Shown: piece after piece, positions 15,564 through 25,162 of the stretch
Layout of the letters: each line of letters opens with the position of its first letter
How positions within the stretch are numbered: position 1 is the first letter of the stretch
IMG/VR virus record: IMGVR_UViG_3300047308_000103
Span: 1 to 45,140 of that record
Direction: 5' to 3' (one strand)
Length of the DNA stretch: 45,140 bases
Source: a virus
Lineage: Duplodnaviria > Caudoviricetes
The notes under the pieces: generated by a model
Told to the model about the DNA's origin: nothing
Database searches by the model: none
Seen by the model: the letters and a program-made list of their open reading frames with translations, nothing else
Translations under genes and position numbers: made by a program

Positions 15564-17900
15564 ATGGCAACAACTGAGCAACTCGCCCGACAATTACAGC
15601 GAGAACTTGATGCGAGGAGTGAAGCGATTAAACGCTTCAAGGAAAGAACACGTAATGCTGAGGAGAGATGTTATGCTAGCTCTACTGTTTATGGTTCAGC
15701 CTTTATCAACAAAGGATTAGAACTTATAACGGAGGAGATTAGCAGCAAACTTTCTCGCATTAACTCAGGATGGGTTGCTGATAAGGCTGCGGCTGTGGTT
15801 CCCATTAAGGACTGCGACCCAGCCATTCTTGCTTTGATTACTGCTAAGGGTGTCCTTGATATTCTTGGGGTAAGAAGAATTGAGAATCTTACTTATCAAG
15901 CAGCTACTACCCACATTGGTAACTTGGTCTATCATCAGGTGATGTTAGATCAATTTTGTAGTAAGAATCCTGAGTTGTTTAATCTGGCTCGTCTTCACAT
16001 CCACGATCACAAAGGCTATTCCTACAAGGTTCAACGGTATCGGGCGGTTATGAGGCGCCACGAGATCGAGCCTTTGAGGTGGCCAACCAGCATAAGACAC
16101 CTAGTTGGTGGGTGGTTGCTGGACCGTCTTGCGGTGTCTACTGGATGGATCACCACTAGAACCGTCTTCAGGGCCCCTAAAGACAGCCCTACCTACCTGA
16201 CCTACCAACCAGAGTTTTTAAAGGCCAAGGAGGCGCTTCTAGCGCAGGCTGAGGCATTTGCTGGTTGCATGTGGCCTATGCTCTGTGAACCCAACGACTG
16301 GACCAGTGAATACAAGGGTGGGTACCTGACAAACGACCTGAGAAAGCTGACAAAGCTGATCAGGACTAGGATTCCTGGAGGGTGCCTACTAGTACAGGAC
16401 AGCGAGGCTCTCGTCATGCTGAACCTGCTCCAGAAGGTTCCCTATCGAATCAACGACAGGGTTCTTGAGATAGCCAACTTCTGTATGGAACACCGCATCA
16501 CTGTGGGTAAGTTCCGAGCTGAGGAGCCAACGCCTCCACCGCCAAAGCCAGAGCCATGGGAAACTGCCTCGGAAGAGGATAAGATTTCTTATCGGAGAAT
16601 GAGAACTGAGATTGAAGATCAGAACTCAGCTCTGGCACAGAAGAACTACAGAACAACTGAAGCTCTGTATGTGGCTAACAAGTACAAAGGAGACACCTTC
16701 TGGATTCCCTGGTCTTTTGACTTTCGGGGAAGAGTCTATCCAATTCCTACTAGCCTTAGTCCACAAGGAACAGACTTTGACAAGAGTCTTGTTTATTTTG
16801 AGGAAGAAGGAGAGGTCAATGAATGGTGGTTAGCCTTTCAGGTTGCTACTACTTATGGACTAGATAAAGCACCAATGGATGAGAGAATTGATTGGGTCAA
16901 TCAGAACCATGAATTCTTAACTCATATTGCTACTGATCCAGAGGGAACAATCTCTATGTGGTCAAAGGTAGAAGAACCTTGGTGTTTTATTGCTGCTGTG
17001 TTGGAGTTCTATCAATGTGTCATCACTAAGAGTAAGAAGACATCTGGTCTTCCTTGCTCCGTCGATGCCACGTGTTCTGGACTCCAGCACTTGTCAGCAT
17101 TGGCATTGGATAGAACTGCTGCTGAGATGGTCAATGTAGTTCCAACTGACAAACCCTCTGATGGGTATCGTATTGTTGCTGAGAAAGCAAAGGAGATTCT
17201 TCCTGAGCATCTTCATCAGCACATTACAAGAAAGGTAACCAAGCGCACTGTGATGACTACGCCTTATGGTGTTACTGAGAACAGCGCACGAGATTACATC
17301 CGTCAGGAACTCAAGGGCATTGAACTTGAGAAGGGTGAATTACAGACGATAGTTAAAGCTATCTATCGGTATGGTGTCAGACAAGTCTTTAATGGTCCGT
17401 GTCGATCAATGGAGTTTATCCAAAAGGTTGCTGCGGAACGTATCAAGGCTGGAGCTACGTCAATTGATTGGATTACTCCTTCTGGGTTTCCTGTTCATCA
17501 AGAGTACCGTCGTAATGAAGCAGAGACAGTCAACACAAAACTACTTGGTCAACGAGTACGCTGTGAGCTGTTAAAAGAGTGGGAAGATCGACAGATTGAC
17601 CTACAAAAAGCAAAGACTGCTGCTAGTCCTAATTTAATACACAGCCTTGATGCAGCCCTTCTTCACCTTGTATTTGCGGAATGGGATGCCCCTTTTACCG
17701 TGATACATGACTGTGTGCTTGGTCGTTCCTGCGATATGGACGACATGGGCGCAGCAATCAGAGACAAGTTCGTTGAGATCTATTCCCAACCAGTCCTTAA
17801 GGATTGGGCTACCCAGCTGGGGGTTGACTTTGATGAGAGTGTCATGTTAAATACCCTTGACATCAATGATGTCCAGGAATCCGCTTACTTCTTTTGCTGA
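15564..17900 (+). CDS. Single-subunit T7-type RNA polymerase
   Basis: FDFRGRVY, VDATCSGLQH, RKVTKRTVMTTPYG, PNLIHSLDA, IHDC; 778 aa like the compact cyanophage RNAPs. Confidence 0.97.
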   Translation: MATTEQLARQLQRELDARSEAIKRFKERTRNAEERCYASSTVYGSAFINKGLELITEEISSKLSRINSGWVADKAAAVVPIKDCDPAILALITAKGVLDILGVRRIENLTYQAATTHIGNLVYHQVMLDQFCSKNPELFNLARLHIHDHKGYSYKVQRYRAVMRRHEIEPLRWPTSIRHLVGGWLLDRLAVSTGWITTRTVFRAPKDSPTYLTYQPEFLKAKEALLAQAEAFAGCMWPMLCEPNDWTSEYKGGYLTNDLRKLTKLIRTRIPGGCLLVQDSEALVMLNLLQKVPYRINDRVLEIANFCMEHRITVGKFRAEEPTPPPPKPEPWETASEEDKISYRRMRTEIEDQNSALAQKNYRTTEALYVANKYKGDTFWIPWSFDFRGRVYPIPTSLSPQGTDFDKSLVYFEEEGEVNEWWLAFQVATTYGLDKAPMDERIDWVNQNHEFLTHIATDPEGTISMWSKVEEPWCFIAAVLEFYQCVITKSKKTSGLPCSVDATCSGLQHLSALALDRTAAEMVNVVPTDKPSDGYRIVAEKAKEILPEHLHQHITRKVTKRTVMTTPYGVTENSARDYIRQELKGIELEKGELQTIVKAIYRYGVRQVFNGPCRSMEFIQKVAAERIKAGATSIDWITPSGFPVHQEYRRNEAETVNTKLLGQRVRCELLKEWEDRQIDLQKAKTAASPNLIHSLDAALLHLVFAEWDAPFTVIHDCVLGRSCDMDDMGAAIRDKFVEIYSQPVLKDWATQLGVDFDESVMLNTLDINDVQESAYFFC

Positions 17901-18151
17901 TGTCTTTTTCCACGATCACAATTGCTGAGAAGCTTGGTATGCACATTTCTGTCGTAGAAAACTACGAAGAGGAATGGGTAGATCAAAACGTACATCTGCC
18001 AGAGCCGGATGAAAGCTTTGAGGAATTCCTGTGTCGTACCTTTGCTGAGTGTGCCTTTCTTATTCAGGCCACAGAAGGTGATGGTAATGCGATGGAATGT
18101 CTTGAAGCGTATGATGAGGCTTACTCCATAACGGAGGAAATCCTTGCCTAA
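17900..18151 (+). CDS. Acidic hypothetical protein
   Basis: TGATG coupling to RNAP; E-rich. Confidence 0.65.
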   Translation: MSFSTITIAEKLGMHISVVENYEEEWVDQNVHLPEPDESFEEFLCRTFAECAFLIQATEGDGNAMECLEAYDEAYSITEEILA

Positions 18152-18365
18152 AGCAACTACCGAAACAATGTTGATGGATCTTGTCATTCCTAACGATGCT
18201 TATGCGTTAGAGTTGGCAAAACAAATCAATGTTGAATATGGTCTTAATTGGATTCCTGAGTATGTTCAATACTTAGCAACCAAGTTAGATCTTCTACTGG
18301 ATGATAACCTAATGGATCATCTTTCTCTATTCGCTACCCACGAAACCATTACTAAAAATGTCTGA
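18144..18365 (+). CDS. Hypothetical protein
   Basis: GGAGG upstream of TTG; fills the gap before SSB. Confidence 0.6.
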   Translation: MPKATTETMLMDLVIPNDAYALELAKQINVEYGLNWIPEYVQYLATKLDLLLDDNLMDHLSLFATHETITKNV

Positions 18366-18936
18366 CGGACGCTTTGTAATCACCACCACACTGGAAGGCT
18401 ACATCAATGCCCTTATTCCTTCCGGTAAATTCAATAACTGCACCATTGGTTTCCGCATTCCCGAAGAGGAACTGCCCAAGTTCGATGCTGTTTATGAACA
18501 GGCCCTCGAATGGGGTAAGAACAAAATGGGTGGTAAGCGGTTCTCTGCTGAGCTTCCCAAGTGGGACGAGAGTGGCCTTGTCAAGGTCTCATACGGTGGG
18601 GACAGCAACAGCCCCATGTTCCCTTGGGTAGACACCGATGGGGTACCTATTGACCTTAACACTCAGGTCTGGAAGGGCACTGTTGTCAAGCTGATCATTG
18701 ACCTTAGACCCTATGTCTTTGGAGCAAAGGTTGGTTGTTCGCTCAAGGTACGCGGCGCACAGATCATCAAAATGGTCAGCAGCGGCGGTTCTGACAGCGG
18801 CGGCATGGATGAAACTGAGGTGGCAGCTTTGTTTGGTAAAACAGAAGGCTTCAAGACTGGTAGCCCCAGCTTTGAACCATCCGTAGATCCAGGCGATGGT
18901 CCGGTTGGCTATGACGAGGACGACGTTCCCTTTTGA
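18358..18936 (+). CDS. ssb: Single-stranded DNA-binding protein (T7 gp2.5-like)
   Basis: OB-fold-like core, acidic tail ending DEDDVPF, position after RNAP. Confidence 0.85.
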   Translation: MSDGRFVITTTLEGYINALIPSGKFNNCTIGFRIPEEELPKFDAVYEQALEWGKNKMGGKRFSAELPKWDESGLVKVSYGGDSNSPMFPWVDTDGVPIDLNTQVWKGTVVKLIIDLRPYVFGAKVGCSLKVRGAQIIKMVSSGGSDSGGMDETEVAALFGKTEGFKTGSPSFEPSVDPGDGPVGYDEDDVPF

Positions 18937-18938
18937 TA

Positions 18939-19181
18939 ATGGTAAAAACTCCAACTATCAAACAGTTGCTTGCAATTCAAACACAAATTGAAAGCACAAA
19001 CAAAAAGCTAGGTGAACTAAAAATGAAACGTCGCACGATGTTGGATGCTTCACCTAGTGTTAACCGTCCTGTTGCTTGGAACGCCAAACCAGCTGAAACT
19101 TTTATTCGAGTTGATGATAAACCATGTCGACTTTTTGTTGACACTTATGGTGAAATCACTCTTCAGGAGCTTCCGCTGTAA
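18939..19181 (+). CDS. Hypothetical coiled-coil protein
   Basis: AT-richer ORF between ssb and endonuclease; TAATG coupling. Confidence 0.6.
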   Translation: MVKTPTIKQLLAIQTQIESTNKKLGELKMKRRTMLDASPSVNRPVAWNAKPAETFIRVDDKPCRLFVDTYGEITLQELPL

Positions 19182-19564
19182 TGCCTGCTTACCGTAGCCG
19201 CCTCGAAGAGAAGCTGGCACGGTGGTTTGAACTGAATGGGCACCAGTTTGAATATGAAACTCTTAAGTTAAATTACACCTTATCAGCTAATTATTATCCA
19301 GATTTCATTCTTCCGAATGGAGTCATACTGGAAGCCAAGGGGTATTTCAAGCCAGAAGATCGTCGAAAGATGTTAGCTGTTAAAAAACAGCATCCTGATC
19401 TTGATATACGCCTTGTCTTTCAAGCCCCGTATAACACGCTCACAAAGAAAAGTCAAACTACCTACGCTAAGTGGGCAGAAAAGAATGGTTTTTTGTGGGC
19501 AGCTTCTCACGCAATTCCACTTGATTGGTTCGATGCGCCCAGCAATGGCAACACCAAAAACTAA
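19181..19564 (+). CDS. Endonuclease I / Holliday junction resolvase (T7 gp3-like)
   Basis: YRSRLEE, YYPDFILPNGVILEAKG, DIRLVFQ. Confidence 0.93.
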   Translation: MPAYRSRLEEKLARWFELNGHQFEYETLKLNYTLSANYYPDFILPNGVILEAKGYFKPEDRRKMLAVKKQHPDLDIRLVFQAPYNTLTKKSQTTYAKWAEKNGFLWAASHAIPLDWFDAPSNGNTKN

Positions 19565-19766
19565 AGAAAACATTGTCCAACGTCTTGGCGAATACTTTGC
19601 CGATACCTTGGTTGAATGTACTGATTATGTCCACGACGGTACTCTGACCGCTGAGGATGTAGCCAAGATGATCTTCGATGAACTTGAAAATTGGATGGCT
19701 TATCACGGCTCCATGGTAAATGCTGCTGATGCAATTCGCAATGCACTCAGACAGCGAGTTTCTTAG
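19545..19766 (+). CDS. Hypothetical protein
   Basis: ATG 19545; bridges endonuclease and primase. Confidence 0.6.
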   Translation: MATPKTKENIVQRLGEYFADTLVECTDYVHDGTLTAEDVAKMIFDELENWMAYHGSMVNAADAIRNALRQRVS

Positions 19767-21348
19767 TCACGAACCATGTCCTAGTTGTGGCAGTAGTGAT
19801 GCGCTTGCTCGTTATACAGACGGACACGCGCATTGCTTTGCTTGCCTCCACTACGAACATGGGGACGAAACCACTACCACAACCTATCACCAAAAACCTA
19901 AACACCTGATGGACTTTACTGGGGACTTCATCCCACTCAAGAGTAGAAACCTTAGGGAAGATACTCTTAAGAAGTTCAACGTTCGGTATGACCATGACAC
20001 CAAGACTATTCGGTTTCCTTATTACTCACAAGCTGGCCAATTGGTTGGTTTCAAGAGTAGGGACGCTGATAAGGATTTTAGGTGGACTGGTAAGAATGAA
20101 GACCACACTCTCTTTGGCCAACAATTGTGGGGCAGGGGGAAGGAGTTAGTCATTACCGAGGGCGAGATTGATTGCTTGAGTCTCTATCAGGTGCGTCCTA
20201 CCTGGCCTGTTGTTAGCCTCCCAAATGGCGCAGCAGCAGCTAAGAAGGCACTACAGCACCAGATGAAATGGGTCATGGGGTTCGATAACATCATCCTATT
20301 TTTTGACTCCGATGATGCCGGACAACAAGCAGCACAAGACTGTGCCAGTTTGTTCCCTCATGATCGACTATTCATCGCTCGCCTTGATAGTTACAAAGAC
20401 GCCAATGAGGCGTTGATAGCAAAAGATTATGAGGCAATCACCTCAACAGTCCTCTGGAATAAAAAACCCTATTCACCAAAAACGGTTATCGACGGACGAG
20501 ATCTATTCACTCTCGCAACTAAGCCTCTACATGGTAGGGATGCTGATTGGCCCTACTCTGGTCTTAACAGTCTCACTAGTGGTCTTAGGCGGGGCGAATT
20601 GGTCACGATCACAGCCGGTTCCGGTGTTGGGAAAAGTACCTTTTGTGGAGAGGTAGCTCAATCTCTTGTCGATCAAGGCGAGAAGGTTGGCTATATTGCC
20701 CTTGAGGAGTCCCTCCAGAGGACCGCCCTACGGCTCATGTCGGTCAAGGCAAACAAACCCCTCCACATCAACAATGAGATGCCAGAGGAGGACCTTAGAG
20801 CAGCCTTTGACGCAAGTCTGGGGACTGGTTCGGTCTACCTAAGAGATGGGTTTGGTTCTGTTGATCCAGATAGTATCCTCAGTGACTGCCGATTCATGGC
20901 TCTTGCTAAGGAAGTAGGATGGATCATCCTTGACCACCTCTCGATTCTCATGTCTGGTAATGAGTCTCATGATGAGAGGAAGCTGATTGATGTTACAATG
21001 ACCAAACTCCGCTCATTCGTGGAGGAGACAGGCATTGGAATGATTCTTATCAGCCACCTCAAGCGACCCCAAGGGGACAAAGGACACGAAGATGGCCAAC
21101 AGGTCAGCCTAGGGCAACTTAGGGGTAGCCACAGTATTGTTCAACTGTCGGATTTTGTGGTCGCCTTAGAACGCAACTTATCCGCAGGGGACAACATGGC
21201 GAACATTAGAGTCCTTAAGAACCGCTTTAATGGACAAACAGGCCAAGCTGGGACCATTACGTTTAATGCGGCTACTGGTCGCATGGTTGAAGATCTCTCT
21301 TCGGCATTTAATTCACCCACTGATGAGGAGTATGACCCTGGATTCTAA
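19741..21348 (+). CDS. DNA primase-helicase (T7 gp4-like)
   Basis: CPSC...CFAC zinc finger, ITEGEID and FDSD TOPRIM, AGSGVGKS Walker A, ILDHL, LRGS, LKNRFNG. Confidence 0.96.
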   Translation: MHSDSEFLSHEPCPSCGSSDALARYTDGHAHCFACLHYEHGDETTTTTYHQKPKHLMDFTGDFIPLKSRNLREDTLKKFNVRYDHDTKTIRFPYYSQAGQLVGFKSRDADKDFRWTGKNEDHTLFGQQLWGRGKELVITEGEIDCLSLYQVRPTWPVVSLPNGAAAAKKALQHQMKWVMGFDNIILFFDSDDAGQQAAQDCASLFPHDRLFIARLDSYKDANEALIAKDYEAITSTVLWNKKPYSPKTVIDGRDLFTLATKPLHGRDADWPYSGLNSLTSGLRRGELVTITAGSGVGKSTFCGEVAQSLVDQGEKVGYIALEESLQRTALRLMSVKANKPLHINNEMPEEDLRAAFDASLGTGSVYLRDGFGSVDPDSILSDCRFMALAKEVGWIILDHLSILMSGNESHDERKLIDVTMTKLRSFVEETGIGMILISHLKRPQGDKGHEDGQQVSLGQLRGSHSIVQLSDFVVALERNLSAGDNMANIRVLKNRFNGQTGQAGTITFNAATGRMVEDLSSAFNSPTDEEYDPGF

Positions 21349-21490
21349 AGAAGTTTGTAGGACATGTAACTGGAATGTTTTTCTTTTCAGTGAGATGGAA
21401 CCAATGGGCTGGTTTTGTGAGGAGTGTGGGACGCCTAGCGCCCTTACTCAGGCAACCCTCGACCGGGAAGAACCCGGCAACTGGTCATGA
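21332..21490 (+). CDS. Small zinc-ribbon protein (52 aa)
   Basis: GAGGAG SD; CRTC...CEEC. Confidence 0.6.
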   Translation: MTLDSKEVCRTCNWNVFLFSEMEPMGWFCEECGTPSALTQATLDREEPGNWS

Positions 21491-21822
21491 ATGACAAGCA
21501 TCCAATCACCCCACCGCCTGAGCTAGTGCAGCAGTGGCATGATGAGTGCCACAAAGTGCATGAGCCTTTCCTTGTTCATGTTGCGAACCAAGCCGCCCGC
21601 TGGGGCGCCGACCAGGAGCTGGAGGCGTGTGCCACTTACATCGCCAGAAACTGGAAGCTCTCTCTGCTGAGCGATGAACTGATATGTGCCCGCCGCCCCA
21701 AGCCGCCGAGTTTGAAGGAGCAGGCGCTTGCCTTGGTGAGCCATGACTTCTCAAATCAACCTTGTCTCAGTGAAGAGGGTTACGCCCTCATCCGCCGCGC
21801 TATCGAGGCATTGCCTGAATGA
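21487..21822 (+). CDS. GC-rich accessory protein (HPITPPPELVQQW / WGADQELEAC family)
   Basis: ATGA overlaps at both ends; composition differs from flanks. Confidence 0.7.
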   Translation: MNDKHPITPPPELVQQWHDECHKVHEPFLVHVANQAARWGADQELEACATYIARNWKLSLLSDELICARRPKPPSLKEQALALVSHDFSNQPCLSEEGYALIRRAIEALPE

Positions 21823-23606
21823 GGTTGCTGTTCGACATCGAAACAAACGGCCTACCCCGAAAGGGTATGGATCGTATCCACTGTATCGTTGCCAAGGATC
21901 TTGATACGGAGCAAGTCTTCCGATTCAATGACACTGGTTCCACTCATTCCGTAACCAATGGTATTACCCTTCTCCAAGAGGCTGATGTTCTCATCGGCCA
22001 TAATATTGTTGGCTTTGACATACCAGTTATCCAACAGGTATATCCATTCTTCCAAACAAAAGCAGTCCTCTACGACACGCTAATCCTTAGCCGGATGTTC
22101 TTTCCTGACATCCTCAGTAGGGACTATCGTAAGAAACCAATTGGTATGCCCGCCAAACTTTATGGGCGTCATGCTCTTGAGGCTTGGGGGTATCGTCTTG
22201 GTGATTACAAGGGTGAGTTTGGTAAGACCACTGACTGGGCTGACTGGTCAATGGAGATGGAAGATTACTGCGAACAGGATGTTCATGTTTGTCATAGTGT
22301 CTTTGACCTTATGGCTGATCATGATCGACTTGCTAGATTCCAGGATTCCATTCGCTTGGAACATGACCTTGCTGCCATCATGGCTAAGCAGGAAACATCT
22401 GGTTGGCCCTTTGATGTAACCGCTGCTCAGAAGCTAGAAGCCACTCTCAGAACAGAGATGGATCAACTAGCAGACAAGATGCGGGAAGTCTTTCCGTATG
22501 TTGACGGTGGAGAAATGACGCCCAAGCGTCCTAACTCTACCCGTGGATACATCAAGGATGCTGCATTTACTAAGCTGAAGGAGTTCAACCCTACCTCGCG
22601 TGATCACATCGGCTGGGCCTTCATGACATGGAGGGGGTGGAAACCGGATGTCTTTACTGACACTGGTCGCCCCAAGATTGATGAAGGAGTCTTGCTTGGT
22701 ATTGATACGGAAGAGGCAACAATCTTTGCTCGTATCCTTGAATTACAAAAAGCCCTAGGACAACTCTCTGATGGAACCAATGCGTGGCTTAAGATGGTTA
22801 CCCAAAAGGGTCGCATCCACCACACTTGTCAACTTGCTACTAACACAGGTCGTAATGCACACTCGCGCCCAAACCTTGGACAGACAAGCAGCGACCCACG
22901 GTGTCGGTCGTTATTTTTACCCGGTAAGGGTTTTAGGCAGGTCGGCGCAGATGCTTCTGGCCTGGAGCTTAGGATGCTTGGTCATTACCTCAGTCATTTT
23001 GATGGAGGGTCTTTTGCTGACGTTGTTGTCAATGGTGACATTCATCAACAGAATGCTGACCGAGTTGGTTGCTCACGTAAGGATGTCAAAACCCTGACGT
23101 ATGCCTTTATCTACGGAGCATCTGATCGGAAGATTGGATACTCATTGGATAAGTCTTTGGATGATCGAAAGGCAGCCGTTCTTGGTAAGGAAATTAGACA
23201 GAAGTTTCTTGCTGCTATTCCTGGTCTTGATGGGTTGCTAACTGCTGTCCAAAAGAAAGCAGAGACTGACATCCTTAGGGGTCTTGATGGTCGTCCTATC
23301 CGTCTTCAAGGTAAGAAACATGCTGCCCTTAACTACCTTCTCCAGTCCGCTGGAGCTATTGTTTGTAAGCGGTGGAATGTAATTGCCTATGAACAATTCA
23401 ATGATCTGGGTTACCAGTGGGGCATTGACTATCAATGGCTCGGCTGGATCCACGATGAAATTCAACTTGCTGTTCAACCACACCTCGTAGCCGATGCCAA
23501 ATTCCAACTTGAATGGGCGATTGTCCAAGCCGGAGAGTACTACAAACTCAAAGTCCCCCTCGCCTCAGAAGCAAAAGAAGGGTCATCATGGGCAGACTGC
23601 CACTGA
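21819..23606 (+). CDS. polA: Family A DNA polymerase (T7 gp5-like)
   Basis: FDIET ExoI, GHNIVGFD ExoII, YCEQD ExoIII, DASGLELR motif A, KTLTYAFIYG motif B, IHDE motif C. Confidence 0.97.
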   Translation: MRLLFDIETNGLPRKGMDRIHCIVAKDLDTEQVFRFNDTGSTHSVTNGITLLQEADVLIGHNIVGFDIPVIQQVYPFFQTKAVLYDTLILSRMFFPDILSRDYRKKPIGMPAKLYGRHALEAWGYRLGDYKGEFGKTTDWADWSMEMEDYCEQDVHVCHSVFDLMADHDRLARFQDSIRLEHDLAAIMAKQETSGWPFDVTAAQKLEATLRTEMDQLADKMREVFPYVDGGEMTPKRPNSTRGYIKDAAFTKLKEFNPTSRDHIGWAFMTWRGWKPDVFTDTGRPKIDEGVLLGIDTEEATIFARILELQKALGQLSDGTNAWLKMVTQKGRIHHTCQLATNTGRNAHSRPNLGQTSSDPRCRSLFLPGKGFRQVGADASGLELRMLGHYLSHFDGGSFADVVVNGDIHQQNADRVGCSRKDVKTLTYAFIYGASDRKIGYSLDKSLDDRKAAVLGKEIRQKFLAAIPGLDGLLTAVQKKAETDILRGLDGRPIRLQGKKHAALNYLLQSAGAIVCKRWNVIAYEQFNDLGYQWGIDYQWLGWIHDEIQLAVQPHLVADAKFQLEWAIVQAGEYYKLKVPLASEAKEGSSWADCH

Positions 23607-24333
23607 TACCCAACTCCGTGTTGATGCTGACTTCTATGCCTATCGCGCTTGTCAATCGGCTGAAACAGAATTGGACTGGGGTGATGATCTCATTACAATT
23701 GCTAGTAACTTTCGCATTGTATTGGACATCTTTGAAGGGGAACTCAAAAACCTCAAGCAAAGGTTCGATACCACCAACGTTACCCTCTACTTCTCCGACA
23801 CCAAGAACTTCCGCAAAACTGTATGCCCCGACTACAAAGGAAAGCGTACCAAGCGTAAGCCAGTAGGATATAAACGACTTCTTGAATGGTGCTCTAAGCA
23901 TTATAAGGTTGTCCGTTACCCCAACCTAGAGGCTGATGATGCTCTTGGTCTTGAGTGTCACCTAGACCCAAGGGACTTCGTTCTGGTCAGTCCCGACAAG
24001 GACATGAAGCAGATCGCCTGCCGCCTATTCAATGGCACCGACGAGTTCAATGTGACTCCTGAGGAAGCTGACTATTGGTTCTGGACCCAGTGTCTTACTG
24101 GAGATCCAGTCGATGGATACAAAGGGGTCCCAGGCATCGGAGCAGTAGGGGCTAAGAAGATCCTAGAGAATGCTGAAGAACCTTGGGAAGCTGTCCTTGA
24201 AGCCTATATCAAGGCTGGTCAAACTGAGGAGGATGCCCTCCGTAACACTCGCTTGGCACGGATCCTTCGTCCTGGAGAGTACAACTCAACCACGAAGGAA
24301 CCAATTCTATGGACTCCACCCCCATCCTCATAG
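23494..24333 (+). CDS. 5'-3' exonuclease (T7 gp6-like); start uncertain
   Basis: VDAD, YKGKR, EADD, SPDKD, GDPVDGYKGVPGIG. Confidence 0.9.
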   Translation: MPNSNLNGRLSKPESTTNSKSPSPQKQKKGHHGQTATDTQLRVDADFYAYRACQSAETELDWGDDLITIASNFRIVLDIFEGELKNLKQRFDTTNVTLYFSDTKNFRKTVCPDYKGKRTKRKPVGYKRLLEWCSKHYKVVRYPNLEADDALGLECHLDPRDFVLVSPDKDMKQIACRLFNGTDEFNVTPEEADYWFWTQCLTGDPVDGYKGVPGIGAVGAKKILENAEEPWEAVLEAYIKAGQTEEDALRNTRLARILRPGEYNSTTKEPILWTPPPSS

Positions 24334-24602
24334 GACTTGACATCAGCCTTGTATGTGTCCTAATCTACGTGCTCGACCCCAACCTTATCCGGTATGTCGA
24401 TCTCTCCATTCAAGGGGCAGTTATCTGGCTGCAACTACGAATCACTCAAGGGCTTTTTCGAGTCCGACTTTGGTATGACAAACAATCTTTACGACCGGGA
24501 CCAGTGGGACGATTTCTACGGGACCAACAACTCAAAGCAATCCAACGAAACCCCGCCTACCGTGAGTTCTTTAGAAAGGATGACAACCAAATACAACCCT
24601 AA
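24309..24602 (+). CDS. Hypothetical membrane protein
   Basis: Hydrophobic N-terminus; bridges exonuclease and DUF3310. Confidence 0.5.
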   Translation: MDSTPILIGLDISLVCVLIYVLDPNLIRYVDLSIQGAVIWLQLRITQGLFRVRLWYDKQSLRPGPVGRFLRDQQLKAIQRNPAYREFFRKDDNQIQP

Positions 24603-24798
24603 GCATTACCAACGTGGTAGTATCCAAGTTTGGGATTTTATTGTGGATCAGCAGCTGGATTTTCTGGCTGGCAATATCATTAAGTATATCTGCCGTGCTG
24701 GCTACAAGGATCAGGAAACTGAGATTGATGACTGGCTCAAAATTAGAGCCTATGTTAACCGCAAAATCAAAGCACTAACTAATGATGCAAACACCTGA
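24580..24798 (+). CDS. DUF3310 / T7 gp1.7-like nucleotide kinase domain protein
   Basis: NPKHY...GNIIKYICRAGYK motif. Confidence 0.8.
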   Translation: MTTKYNPKHYQRGSIQVWDFIVDQQLDFLAGNIIKYICRAGYKDQETEIDDWLKIRAYVNRKIKALTNDANT

Positions 24799-25162
24799 AC
24801 ATCTTATTGAACAGGCTTTTGTCTTTCGACTAGCCGCTGAACAATCCATTGATCCGGATGATGAGATCGTTCAGGACATGCAACTCAGTCTTATTAGGGA
24901 AGAGTTTGATGAACTGATGGAGGCTCACCTTAACGAAGACACCGAATCCGATAGGACACATACCCTAAAGGAACTGGCTGATCTTGTCTTTGTTTGCTAC
25001 CAATATGCCATTGCTCGTAACTGGAATTTAGACACCGCTATGAAGCGGGTATTCGAATCCAACATGAGCAAGTTCGTTGACGGTAAGCCCCTCCGCCGCG
25101 AAGATGGTAAGATTCTTAAGGGGCCTGATTATCAACCACCATTTCTTGACGACTTAGTATGA
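24782..25162 (+). CDS. mazG: MazG-like NTP pyrophosphohydrolase
   Basis: LIREEFDEL, KELADLVFV, SNMSK, DGKILKG. Confidence 0.85.
   Translation: MMQTPEHLIEQAFVFRLAAEQSIDPDDEIVQDMQLSLIREEFDELMEAHLNEDTESDRTHTLKELADLVFVCYQYAIARNWNLDTAMKRVFESNMSKFVDGKPLRREDGKILKGPDYQPPFLDDLV

Noticed and set aside
12069-19181. Integrase, repressor or tRNA-derived attP core
   Set aside because: No tyrosine or serine recombinase motifs, HTH repressor or tRNA-like sequence recognised
24394-24579. N-terminal extension of the DUF3310 ORF
   Set aside because: Overlaps the 24309-24602 gene; the domain begins at ATG 24580
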